A stretch of 64,000 nt of DNA from Eledone cirrhosa. Lineage: Eukaryota. The stretch lies in the NCBI GenBank assembly GCA_964016885.1, contig OZ024743.1:185318001-185382000 (forward strand). Reading direction: 5' to 3'. Of this stretch, positions 11,456 through 23,309 are shown one piece after another; within the stretch, counting starts at the first letter, position 1; each line of letters begins with the position of its first letter. The translations under genes and the position numbers were made by a program. The notes beneath the pieces are model-generated. The model ran no database searches. It had not been told where the DNA came from and saw only the letters and a program-made list of their open reading frames with translations.

Positions 11456-12284
11456 CAGCATCAAAAAGTGAATCTGTGCAGGGAGAAAATATAGTGCAGT
11501 GATGTAAACTGAGGAAGGTTTCATCAGTATCAACTGACCAGTCCAATTCTTGCTATGTTCCTGCCCAAAAGAGACAATGTCTCTTCATTATTAACAGTAT
11601 GAAAGCTGGAAGAAACCCCAGCACACCTCTCTATGCTAGACATAAGTCAATGGCAAGCTATGTTCACTAGCTACATATATGTTTCCTGTTTTCTATATTT
11701 TCTTACTCTCGTCTATCTTTCTATTTCTTCTCCTCTTTCTCATTCTATATTCTGATGAATGACATACACCCAAAAGATACTTTCACTACTATATCAAGCA
11801 TCAAACTAATATATATTATCATTGTACTGTACTGTTCTCCCATGTTGTTGTTTTTTTCTTTTTTACTTTTCTCTGACAAGCTATATATAAATATGTAGGA
11901 ATGAATGAGGAAAGATCTTGCCCAATTAGGTTTTAACAAACAGAAGTCTACCTCTGCTCCATCAATATCCAAGACATTCCAACTTTATATTTATATAAGT
12001 ATGTGCTCTAAAGTGGTTGGTGCTAGGAAGGGCATCCAGCTTTAGAAAGCTTGCCAAACAATGGGCTGGGAGGACCCCTCAGTCATATGAAGGAGATGAC
12101 AGCCTCACTAGCGTTGGTGACCGACACAACAAACTCAACCAGTACACACTGTAAAGTGATTGGTGGTAGGAAGGGTATCCAGCTGTAGAATATTGACAAA
12201 CGAAGGGTTGGGAGGATCCTCAGTTGTGTCAAAGTCATGACAACCTCTCTTGTGAACTGGACGAAACGTGAAACTGTACATTAG

Positions 12285-12905
12285 CGCAACTAATTAGAGA
12301 AAGGGTCAAATTAGATGATATGCAGTTTGGTTTTGTGTCTGGGAAAAGTACAACAGATGCCCTCTTCATAGTGAGACAACTACAAGAGAGATTCTTAGAG
12401 AAGAATAAGCCACTATACTTAGCTTTTGTTGACCTAGAGAAGGCCTTTGATAGGGTACCCTGAGCTGTCATCTAGTGGTCCCTAAGGAAACTAGGTGTTG
12501 AGGAATGGCTTGTGAGGACAGTGCAAGCTTTGTACAGAGGTGCTGTCAGTAAAGTGAGGGTAGGAATGGAGTTTAGTGAGGAATTCCAGATACAAGTAGG
12601 AGTACATTAGGGTTCGGTCCTCAGCCAGCTCTTGTTCATTATAGTCCTCTAAGCCATAACAGAGGAGTTTAAGACTGGCTGCCCATGGCAACTTCTCTAT
12701 GCTGACGATCTGGTTCTTATAGCAGAATCAGTAGAGGAGCTAGAGAATAAATTCTGGCTATGGAAACAGCAGTTGGAATCAAGAAGAATGAGAGTGAACT
12801 TAGCTAAGACAAAAGTGTTGATGAGTAGAAAAGAGGACAAAAACTCTGATTCTGTCAGGGAAATGGCCATGTTCGATATGTAGAAAAGGAACTGGCATAA
12901 ATTCT
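12285..12905 (+). mobile_element. RTE (BovB-like) LINE RT fragment, pseudogenised
   Basis: QFGFVSGKSTTDALFIVRQLQE...AFVDLEKAFDRVP...GSVLS.LLF...LLYADDLVL with in-frame stops. Confidence 0.9.
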
Positions 12906-13630
12906 ATGGTTAGCAGGTCTTTGTAGTTTTTCACATTTTGCTTGATTGCTGTGCGAATGCTTTCATTGCTTATGTGTCCCATATAAGAGATACCTATGTC
13001 AATACATACCTCTGTAATTTCACTGTGAACATCTGCATATTTTCGCATCATAAAAAGATGGAGAACTAGAGCATGCATAAGTTTCAGTTTAACTTTGAGA
13101 CTAATGTTCTAGTCTTGCCATATTGAACTTAACCTTGTTAATGCTGCCAATGTTTGAGCAGCTCTTGAGAGAATTTCCTGCTTTCACTCTTTTTCAATGA
13201 TTATGGCATTTAGATTTTTGAAGTGATCAACAGTTTCAAGCTCTTGGCCATTGACAGTGATCTTAGTGTCAAACTTGTCTTGGCTGTTTGGACTTGTGAC
13301 TTCACAGTGCTGATTTCCATTTTGTATCTGGTGGGGGTTTCATCCCAACAGTTTACTAGCTTATTGGTATCATTGGTGAATCAGAAGTTTTTGATGTTGT
13401 GTTCTACAATACTGATGGTGCTAATGTGTTTTCAAGGGCCTCAATCATTATGTGCTAAAGGAATATGTTAAAAATGTTGATGACACGAGACATTCCTGCT
13501 GAACTCTGACTGTTGTATGGAATCACTCTTCTGTTTTTCCCTGAACGAGAACTGTGCTAGTTATTTTCTCATATTGTTGGCTGGTGATTTCAGTTAGCTG
13601 CTTGCCCATAATATATTCTTTCAATGGCTT
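12906..13630 (-). mobile_element. Degenerate RTE LINE fragment (different subfamily, opposite strand)
   Basis: Remnants such as FHTTVRVQQECLVS, KLKLMHALV and GISYMGHISNESIR. Confidence 0.65.
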
Positions 13631-14384
13631 TAGTCATTAGAAGGGGGTTAGTTGATGATATCATTCCCAGGACATATTTTTCAAGTCTGGTTCTTACTTA
13701 ATTGATCTCATTTGTGTTGAACTATTAATGATGGGGCATAAACATAAAGCACCCACCCCCTCACCAAATTTCATTTCCTCCTCAATCATCTTTAGCCATG
13801 TCATCCCTGGTCTTTCTCTTCCTCTACTTCCCTTTACATTCATTTCCATACTCTTCTCACCCAGTCATTTTCATCCTTCCTAAACACATGACCCAATCAT
13901 CTCATTCCATTTCTCTTCAGAATATTCTTTACTAGTTCTATCCCTACCATCTGCAATATGATATGCTACTCATCCATTGGACCATTTTTATTTTTGTTCT
14001 TTTTAGCTTTCACTGATATTCTGCATTCAACAGTCATGTCCTACTCTCATAAATTATGCTATTTTTCACATATGCAGCATACGCCTATCCCTTTAGTTTC
14101 AGTGACACTCCCCTCTTCATTACCACACCACACAATTTCCGAACGTTCTTCCATGTATATCTCACTCTAAATATTGTCACAGAGTCTGATCGACCTTCTA
14201 TTTTTAACATGTCTCTTAAGTATCAACATCTTCCATCTTCTCCTCATTCTCAATACCCTCTCTATCTGAAACTCTCTCATACACACTGCCACATTATTTA
14301 ATAATCCCTTCACACCACTATATAAACACAGGCACAAATGTAAACACGGATATGGACACATACACACACACATATATGATGGTC

Positions 14385-14655
14385 TACTGCAGTTTCTGCC
14401 TACCAAATTTCACTTCTTCTTGTCGTATGACATATGCACAATGTTTAGAGAAACATATTGAGATTGGTGTGCCAAACTACAGTGTCATTTGTAGTATCAT
14501 GGATTGCCTCCAGGCCAAATTTCCTAATTTCACTCATAAGGCATTGGTTAACCCAAAGCTATAGTAAAAGACACTTGGTCAAGGTACCATGCAGTGGAAG
14601 TGAGCCGAAAACAACATGGTTATGAAGCAAACCCCTTAACCACACAGCCATGTCT
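14385..14655 (-). mobile_element. Octopus-type tRNA-derived SINE (degenerate, with insertion)
   Basis: ctaccaaatttcact...aaggcattggtt..cc.aagctatagtaaaagacacttg..caaggt.ccatgcagtgg...ccacacagcca; related copy at about 8110-8290 (+). Confidence 0.65.
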
Positions 14656-15196
14656 ATGCCAATGTCATATATAATTTTTACATTAATAGCAGATAACTGA
14701 AATTTAATTTAAGTAAATATCACAGAGGTAACATGACACCACTGAAAATTGATAAATTTTCCTTTGTAAAATTGGAAGGAGTGCATTCCACTGGAGGAAG
14801 GAACATGTGAGGCAGAGTGGCCAATGCAGTGGGTGTTGCTGGCTGTTTTCTATGACAATGCCTTTGCCATTTTGTCTGCATGACACAGCTGAGATATACT
14901 GCCTAGACAGGGATGTAGTACTTGCTACTTCCTCCCCCTTTCCCTTACTTTAAGGATTCAATGTTATTTCTTTTTTCTTTTTCACTTTTTTTTAAATATG
15001 CAAACATTATGAATTGTACATTTCTTTCTTTTGTTTTAAAATAAAGTGACAATTCTCTTTCTTGATTATAATATTTATTTTAAAAAAATATTAAATAAAT
15101 AAAAATTGTAATACAAAACCCATTAACTAGTTTTACAGGGCTTTCAGATTTCTTTGTACTCTGAAAAAGCAGGACAAAAAAAAAAAGAATGCTTAC

Positions 15197-15295
15197 CTCA
15201 CTGAATGTTCGGCTCATATTTTGATTGGAAATAATTGGAGATGTAGTGTCTCTGTTCAAGTAATCTCCCCTTGTGTAATGCATTCGGTCCTGAGG
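15197..15295 (-). CDS. SNX17: SNX17 exon 14 (PQDRMHYTRGDYLNRDTTSPIISNQNMSRTFSE), disordered tail
   Basis: TTCTAG acceptor, GAG|GTAAGC donor, 99 nt, phase 0-0 and open. The region is poorly conserved, so the call rests on splice sites and frame. Confidence 0.8.
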
Positions 15296-16819
15296 CTAGA
15301 AAGTAATTATACCTCATTTTAAAATAAGACTCTGCAACATTATATATTAACTCATCATCATCATCATTTAACATGTTTTTCTTGCTACCAAGTGTTAAAC
15401 CGGTTGTAGCAGATCAAGTCAGTACTGAATCAAAGCTCTTACCAAGGGCATCATCTTAGATATGTTTCTGCATTCAACAGTATGCAACCAAGTGCATTTT
15501 ATTGTGGCACCAGTACTAGGAAGATTGTTATATCTTTGACACAACTGAAGAGTCCTCTTGACGTTTTGTTTGGCAAATTTTCTATGGCTGGATGCCCATC
15601 TTATCACCAACCACTTTACAGAGTGCACTTGGTACATTTTATTGTGTCATCAACACTACATAGCTTTTGATGCCTTCGACACAAGTAAAGTGTCCTTTCA
15701 TCCTTTTTTTGGCATGGTTCCTACAGCTGAATTCTGTTCTATCAACAACCACCTTACAGGAGGTACTGAATGAATTTTCATGGCACCAGTACTAGAGAGG
15801 TTGTCGTGTTGTGACTGAAGGGTTCTCTAGGATTACAAGCCAACACCAACTATTTAGGGAGGTTGCAAATCATTGACTTGACTTAAAGAGCCTTCTCTGC
15901 TCTATGGGGAGGGGGAATAGGACAAGATGAGGTAAGAAGGCTTAGTATGATGTCATTGGTAAGTGTCAATAGGTGGGAGGAGGATGGTGATAAGTATGTC
16001 ATATGTGAGTCACTATGTAGTTCTCTAGGAGCGCAGAAACCCAAAATAAGAACTGACACAAGGTAGAAACAACTCTTTAATTTAGCCACAAACAAAGTCT
16101 CAGTTGCTGGTGGCATGATAAAATGTACCAGTCTACACTGTAAGATATACACAACAACAAAGTTGGATGGTTTTCTCTATTGATGTGTTACTGGATGATG
16201 GTATGTTGTGAGACCTGTCCACAATGAGTAATATGCTGTTAGATCTGTCCACAATGAGTAAGATATGTTGCGAGATCTGTCCATGATGAGTGACGATATG
16301 CTGTGAGACCACAATGACTAACTATATATTGTAAGACTTGTTCCTGATGAATGATATGCTGTGAGACCTGTCCAATTTACTGTTAAAAAAAAGTAAAGTT
16401 AAAGACTGTCCCAAACTATCAGGCTCATAAGGCCAATGCTTGGTTTCATTTTTCATCACCATTAAGTGACTGACAGTATAAAACTTCCCCCTGGATAAGA
16501 CACCAGTCTATTTCAGTGTTAACCCCAGGTACTCATTTTTCAACTGTATGTACTGGAGCAATGCAAAATGAAGTGTTTTGTTCAAGAACACAATTTGCCA
16601 CCTGGTCCAAGAATCAAACCCATAACATTATGATTGCAAGTCCAACACCTTAACCACTGTTTATGGAAAAACAGGTGGAAATGATGATGCAGATCAAACA
16701 AAAACCAACAGGTAACAAAAGTCTGAGGAATACAGTGGTGGTTGGTCTCAGCAAAAATCAGTTTAAATTTACCAATAGTAAAAGAAGACTGAATTAATTT
16801 TTCATAAACTGAAACTTAC

Positions 16820-16897
16820 TTTTTTAATTTTTTTCCCTTTTTTCTTTCTTACTAATTCATCCACCATTCCTTCCAAACACATGCTAATTAGGATTGC
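16820..16897 (-). CDS. SNX17: SNX17 exon 13 (AILISMCLEGMVDELVRKKKGKKIKK)
   Basis: Poly-T + ACAG acceptor, AAA|GTAAGT donor, 78 nt; AI..S.CL..MVDEL motif. Confidence 0.95.
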
Positions 16898-17009
16898 CTG
16901 TAAAAAAAAAAATCCCGTGAAACATTTGAAAAAAATACCAATATCAACCAAATACTAACAGAAATTATTTAAACTAGTTTCTAGTGCTGTTATTATTAAG
17001 TTATATTAT

Positions 17010-17230
17010 AGGGCAGTGAATTGGCAGTATCGGTAGAGGGTCGGACGCCATGCTTTGACGCAGAGTTACGGCCCTTGCCATTCTGAGTTCAAATCCCACC
17101 GAGGTTAGCTTTGCCTTTCATCCTTACGGGGTTGATAAAATAAAGCACCAGTGAGTACTGGGGTCAACTTAATTGACTTCCCCTCCTCTTCAAATTGCTG
17201 GCCTTGTGCCCAGAGTAGAAAAATTATTAA
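17010..17230 (+). mobile_element. Full-length SINE family B copy
   Basis: gggcagtgaattggcagtatcggtag...gagttcaaatccc...ctttgcctttcatccttacggggttgataaaa...gctggccttgtgccc..agtagaaa. Confidence 0.85.
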
Positions 17231-17829
17231 TTTATATTAAATATAAAAATAGCAAAGTAAATTGGTTAATGCCAGGATTGAAGCTGATGACTATCAGGTT
17301 TTTGATAAAGCTGATTCAATTTTAATTATGAAGATTTGATAAAAAAATTAAGAAGTTAACATTGATGGAAAAATTGACAGAATATTTAAACATGAATAGT
17401 GGAATAAACTATATTGAAGCAAAAAACCCCCAGTATTTATTAAGTTTCACAAAACTGAACAAGTTCATAGATTACCAGATTATCTCAATCATTGTTTTTA
17501 TGTCCATTTTTCCATTGTGGTAGGGTTGGACAAGACTTTTTTAGGCAGTATTCTATGTACTCCCTGATAACAACCCTTACATTTTTTTAAAAGTAAGGTA
17601 CTATTCATCACATGTGAATCCACTGAGATGTAGGACATAAACAACGTAACCAGTACCCAATCAATGTCAATGTGAAATAAAAAAAAAAACACACACAAAA
17701 ATGTATATCATGATCATCATTTTTACATTTATTGTTCCATGTTTGAATGGGTTGGATGGGTCCCTTGCAGTACAGCATTTCTCCACTTTTTGCCTCCCTT
17801 TGTCATCTCCTCTGTGAACTTTAGCAATC

Positions 17830-18320
17830 TGAAATCAGCTCTCACCACCTCTGCATAGGTCTGTATTTGCAGCTTCCTTCCATTGGGATTACTCGGCACT
17901 TCTTCACCCAGCGATTATCATTCATGAACATCACATGTTCATACCAATGCAGTTTCCTCTCCTGAACACTACTTCTGATTCCTCTTATACTTAGTTTCTC
18001 CCTCAATTCATCCATGCTTTTTCGTTCTCGCATATTAACATTGCACGTCCATCGAAGCATGCTTGCCTCATTTCTCTCCAGCCTCTGCATGTCCTCTCTG
18101 TTCACTGTTTATGTCACGCAACCATGCAGCATGGCACTTCACGCACAGGTGTCATACAGCCAACCTTTCATTTGTAGAGAGAAACTTTTGTTGTAAGCAG
18201 GGCTAGCAGTTCCTTAAACTTCTTCCATCATCTCCTTATTCTAGGCACTATGCTCTCAGATGACCCTCCTACACTGCTAATATCACCTAGGTAGCAGAAA
18301 ATATTAACCACTTCTATGAA
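17830..18320 (-). mobile_element. RTE LINE C-terminal fragment
   Basis: DMQRLERNEASMLRW...ELREKLSIRGI...ERKLHWYEHV. Confidence 0.85.
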
Positions 18321-18367
18321 TTGTATTATTTATTTTGTATATATGTGTGTATATCTATATATATAAT

Positions 18368-18682
18368 ATGTTGTGTTGTTTCCTTGAGCAAGACACTTTA
18401 TTTCACATTGCTCCAGTTTACTCAGCTGTAGAAATGAGATGATAGGGACTGGGGTCCCTATCATTCCACTGCAAAGTGGTTGTGGAGGTGTCACGGCAAA
18501 AAAGCACCCAGCCCACACTGTAAAGTGGACGTGGAGGTGCCACGGCAAAAAAGCACCCAGTACTCACTATAAATGAGGTTGGTGTTAGGAAGGGCATCCA
18601 GCTGTAGAAATCAAGCCAGAACCAGTTGCCGTCCCACCCTTGCAAGCAGGCAAAAGCGGACGTAAAATGATGATGATGATGT
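18368..18682 (+). mobile_element. 5'-truncated CORE-SINE with RTE-derived tail
   Basis: CORE-like gtttccttgagcaagacactt...cagtttactcagctgtagaaatgag followed by the RTE 3'UTR and (ATG)n. Confidence 0.8.
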
Positions 18683-18869
18683 AACTCATGCTAGCGTGGA
18701 AGATTGACGTTATGATGATGATATGTGTGTGTGTTTTCACTCAGTTTTTATCTACCAATTTCATTGCAAAGAGCTATTTTCAAAACATGAAAAACATAAT
18801 AAAAATATGACTCTGCTAGCTGAAACTAATATAAAACTAATAAAACTTTAAGTAAATCTACTGTGTTAC

Positions 18870-18983
18870 CTGATCACTTTTGATGTTAATCCACTGTAGC
18901 TTATCTCGAGATAACTGATATTCAAATGATATTTCCAGTTGTGGCTTCACATCCTTTTTACAGCAATTATCTCTGTCAGCATA
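18870..18983 (-). CDS. SNX17: SNX17 exon 12 (YADRDNCCKKDVKPQLEISFEYQLSRDKLQWINIKSDQ)
   Basis: TTTCAG acceptor, CAG|GTAACA donor, 114 nt; LE..FEY...D.LQW motif. Confidence 0.95.
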
Positions 18984-19551
18984 CTGAAATACAAACATAA
19001 TGAATCTGAAGGCCTGAATATAGAAATTCAACTTGCCATCTTTAGACCCCCAACAAGGAACAGAGTTAACCCTTTAGCTTTATTTTCCTCTATATATACT
19101 ATTATATTTTTGTGATAATATCGAATCTATGAGATTTTGATATTAAAGAAATTTCTTCAGTTTTTTTAAATTTTAATTTAACTTTATTTTTTTTTTAAGG
19201 AAAGGTGGGAATTTGTAGGGTGTATATGTCTGAGTCAAGGGAATTTGATCTGAGACCATATGTTGAAAGTAAAACAATTAAGTTGTGGTATTAATCAATT
19301 GACCATATGGTTATGAATTCAAAACCTTTTATTACTCACACTAAACATCTCAACAATTTATTTCACTGTATTTCTGTGGCTTAGCATGTAACTGGTGAGG
19401 TTATAGATAAGGTTGGGGATATGTGACAAAATAATTGGATACTCAAAAATATATAATACTATTAACAATAAAAATAGTGAATTTAACGTGTGTGTTTCAT
19501 ATAACTTCCATGTTTCTAATACAAGGTTATTTGTTTATTTGTTATAGATAT

Positions 19552-19882
19552 ATGGAGGTACATGGCTTAGTGGTTAGAGCATTGGCCTTGCAATCGAAAG
19601 GTTGTGAGTTCAATTCTCAGACCAGGTGATGTGTTATTTCCTAGAGCAAGACACTTTATTTCACATTGCTCCAGTTTACTCAGCTGTAGAAATGAGATGA
19701 TAGGGACTGGGGTCCATATCATTCCACTGCAAAGTGGTGTAGGCGCCACGGAAAAAGCACCCAGCACTCATTGTAAATGAGGTTGGTGTTAGGAAGGGCA
19801 TCCAGCTGTAGAAATCAAGCCAGAATCAGGTCCCGTCCCACCTTTGCAAGCAGAGAAAAGCAGACGTAAAATGATGATGATA
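19552..19882 (+). mobile_element. Full-length CORE-SINE (tRNA head + CORE + RTE 3' tail); truncated copy at 37950-38125
   Basis: A box TGGCTTAGTGG, B box GAGTTCAATTC, CORE resembling the MIR core (ccttgggcaagtcactt...ctcagtttcctcatctgtaaaatg), tail shared with the RTE copies at 42017-43590. Confidence 0.85.
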
Positions 19883-20048
19883 TGCCATTCCTTCCATAGG
19901 AATAAAAAAGTTGAACTAAGTTAAACTGTCATATAACTTACCACAGGTACAACACAATAGTGATCTGAAGACAAGCAACATGACTACTGAAATAATTAAA
20001 TTACTAACACTTAATTTAATTTAATGAAGATAAAATAGTCAATCTTAC

Positions 20049-20111
20049 TATTGTCGTGATTCTCCAGCATCTCATTCTGGTGATTTTAAAAGATCCCTCT
20101 TTATATTGGTC
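20049..20111 (-). CDS. SNX17: SNX17 exon 11 (DQYKEGSFKITRMRCWRITTI)
   Basis: CATAG acceptor, ATA|GTAAGA donor, 63 nt; EGSF..TRMRCWR hallmark. Confidence 0.96.
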
Positions 20112-20164
20112 CTATGATACAAGAAAATGAAGTCAAATTAATTTACATTCTATACATATTCAAT

Positions 20165-20470
20165 AAACATACATCAGATAATAAAAATAGTGATAAAGTT
20201 GTTGGAATGTTACCTTAGAAATGTTTAATTAGCCCTGAATATTTAGGGATAACATCCTTTTGTTAACAGAAGGGTTAAGGAAACTAAGCCAGAGCAGGAT
20301 ACTGTGTGTTATTATAAGAACAGCACAATGTATATTACACTGACTTAGTTTTTTTAACTCTTTTTTTTGATGGAGGGATTTTATTCCAAAATATTAAGGA
20401 CTAATTAAACACCCACTAGGTAACATTCCAACAATTTTGTTATCGTTATTTTTAACATTTAATGTACTAT
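20165..20470. mobile_element. MITE-like element with long imperfect inverted arms
   Basis: ataaagttgttggaatgttacct...gtttaattag versus ctaattaaac...ggtaacattccaacaattttg; related half at about 50525-50620. Confidence 0.6.
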
Positions 20471-21029
20471 TTACATTTCAGTATCCCCCACTGAAAACAC
20501 AATATCTTGGTGCTAGCATTAACAAACTTTCATTAAATAATGATACAATTGCTTCAGTGTAAATTAGATTATTGATGATTTAAAAAAAAAAACTATTAAA
20601 AAAGTTTGCAATGGTACCCAGAGATGTTCTTTCCTTTTCTCCTTTTGTTGAACTTAAATGGTTTTAGTACGTTTTTACACTGATTAACAAATATATATTT
20701 TTTATGCTTGTTATAAAAACATATGACGATGATCATCATCATCATTAACATCATTTAACATCTGTTTTCCTTGCTAGCAAGGCTTTGATGGGTTGTCACA
20801 GACCAAATCAGTACTTCATTGGAGTCTCTGATTTCTCAGATGGGCCACATATGTTCTCACACTGTAGAGTGTGTTATGCATTTTATCATGGCACCAACAC
20901 TAGGGAGGTTGTTGTGTCATGACTGAAGGGTCTTCTCAACTCTTTGTAACATGCTTTCTATGGCTAAAAGCCCTTCCTAACAACACCCTCTTTACAGAGT
21001 ATCCACTCAACCAAGCCTGTACCCATCAT

Positions 21030-21770
21030 ATACCATATATACTTGAGTAAAAGCCAATCTCATGTAAAAATAGAACCCCTATTTTTAGCAAAAAACTCTG
21101 GAATTTTCCATAGACCTCATATAAAAGTTACCCCTAGTATTTCATGGATAACAGGTCACCATTTGTGGGTCAAAGTGAATCATCAAGAATTTAAGTAATT
21201 TATATTATTGCAAATACATGTCTGAAACTAAACATTTACTGTAGCCTGCCCTATAGCTGGAATGCTTGGTGCTTTTAGTAAAACACCATATAATAGCGAG
21301 CACTACTACACATCTGTTGATGGGTGCTACATCATCATTACTAAAATGTATACACAAGTTGTGTTGCCTGCAACCTTTATATTTTCCTAATTTCCAAACA
21401 CAATAAACACATGTGTCAATGTTCGGCTCATTGTCTGTTTACATTGTGTGAAACATGTTTCACAGACAGCGCTGTCAGGAAACTAGGAAATGCCACTGTC
21501 TGAATTCGTAAAAATGGCATGACTTTGGTAAACCTAAAAACATTCAGTTAATCTCTAGATTAACAACTCTACACTATATTACTGTAATTCATTGTTTTTG
21601 ATTTTAGTTGTTTAGAGATTAGTTGGGCTTCTGCTACTGATATGGTACTTTAGATTCTAGTTTGAATTTCAAGCCCCTTAAAAGTAATATCTATGTAATC
21701 GTCGACCCCATAAATTTAACCTTAAAAAATGGTCTAAAAAATTTGACTTTTACATGAGTATATACAGTAA
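21030..21770. mobile_element. pogo/Tc2-like non-autonomous DNA transposon
   Basis: TIRs taccatatatacttgagtaaaagcc / gacttttacatgagtatatacagta; partial inverted copy at 33218-33415. Confidence 0.7.
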
Positions 21771-22632
21771 TAAAAGAGTAATGCTCGTTGTGTAAAGAAG
21801 TACTAAGAGATTACAGTGGAGAGGAGTTGCAGCAGAGGAAGACCTTGGCAGAATTGGTGAGCAGTGATCTGAAAACACTGCAGAGGAACACCATGAGTGG
21901 AGGGAAGCTGTGTTGGAACCCATGCAAGCATGGAAAAACAGACATAAAATGTTTGTGATGATATAACCTTAATTTTAAAATAAGCCTTATTAATTTAGAC
22001 ATGACATGTATAAAAATTGTACATTCAAATGATACATAAAAACAAAGTTGAATTTAAGACAATTTGTATATTTCAAGAACATCTGGCCTGGAACAAGGAA
22101 TGGGATCAGTTGCTTCTAAGATAAATTTGTAAAACTAACAGGAAACTACAACAAACTATAATTGATAAAAATAATGGATTACATTAAACACACAACAGTA
22201 AATATAACATATAATTATAGTACAGGTGGCAAATTGGCAGAGTTATTAGACTGTAGAACGTAATATATAATTATAGTACATGTAGAAAATTGACAGAGTT
22301 GTTAGACTGTAGAACATAATATATATTTATAGTACATGTGGCAAATTGGCAGAGTTATTAGACCAGAACAAATATCATGGTATTTGTTCTGGTTATTTAA
22401 GCTCTAAGTTCAACTTTACAGTTGGTGTCAATAAGTACCAGCCAAGGGCAGTGGATTGGCAGAAGTGCTAGACAAAATTAGAAGCCTTCCAATATTTGTC
22501 TGACTCTTTGCATTTTGAATTCAAATTCCTTCTGCCACAAACATTTGTGCTAAGTCTTTTGTCTGGAAAATCCCTCCTTCCCTCCAAGTAAAACAATAAA
22601 AAATGCAATAAAAGGAAGAGAAAACAACAAAC

Positions 22633-22773
22633 CTTGCCTGTCTGGATTCTAAAATTTAATTCTTCATTTCCTACTGCAATCAAAACATGGGTTTTCTTTT
22701 CAGGGTAGTCTGTTATACATGGCCGGAAATGCATGTAACCATAGTACTTAAGGGTGTGCACAAACTGCAGATA
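22633..22773 (-). CDS. SNX17: SNX17 exon 10 (YLQFVHTLKYYGYMHFRPCITDYPEKKTHVLIAVGNEELNFRIQTGK), FERM F3
   Basis: TTGCAG acceptor, AAG|GTTTGT donor, 141 nt; seen inside ORF-track entry 22468..22860; YGYxxF..C..D.PE motif. Confidence 0.94.
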
Positions 22774-23309
22774 CTGCAAATAACAGTAAAAGTAATCACT
22801 GACAGGGTATGCATGGTTTTTCTTAAATTGGTGAAAATTACTAGATAGGAAAATGTACAATTTTTAACAGCAATAACTCTAGATAAAAATACAAAAAAAA
22901 ACATGCCTTTTCTAACAACAAAAACATCTACTTTAAATTCCATTATAAATTCAGTGTATATTTGATTTAGAATAAGTACACCACATCCATGCATGTCGTT
23001 AGAAGCGACTTAAATGGTTAATGTTAGAAAGGGCATCTGACTGGAAAACATTGCTTCAAAAAGTCCTGTTCAACCCGTATGGAAAATTTGATGTAAAAGC
23101 ACCACTGCCACAAAGGATGATGACAGTAGTAGAAAGTGAAAAAAGAATAAGTTAGCTTTGGAAGGATTCAAAATCAGTATTTCATACTCTACGAATTCTT
23201 TATTGATTAGGCTGTACAGTCCTTATTTACTAACATATAGTGTGGGAAGAGTATTTGTGTTTTGTAAAGAGTTAGCAGTTGCTCAAAGTTGAAGTAGCAT
23301 TTTTGTTCT

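Noticed and set aside
11911-11985. Possible extra exon (…DIDGAE|GTAGAC) in intron 14
   Set aside because: No phase-compatible acceptor with a pyrimidine tract, and no SNX17 similarity.
19552-19625. tRNA gene
   Set aside because: The A/B boxes belong to a SINE head that continues into CORE and LINE-derived tail; multiple diverged copies exist.
22637-22640. GC-AG donor (ACAG|GCAAG) for exon 10
   Set aside because: It would leave phase 1, but exon 11 needs phase 0; the GT donor at 22632 fits.
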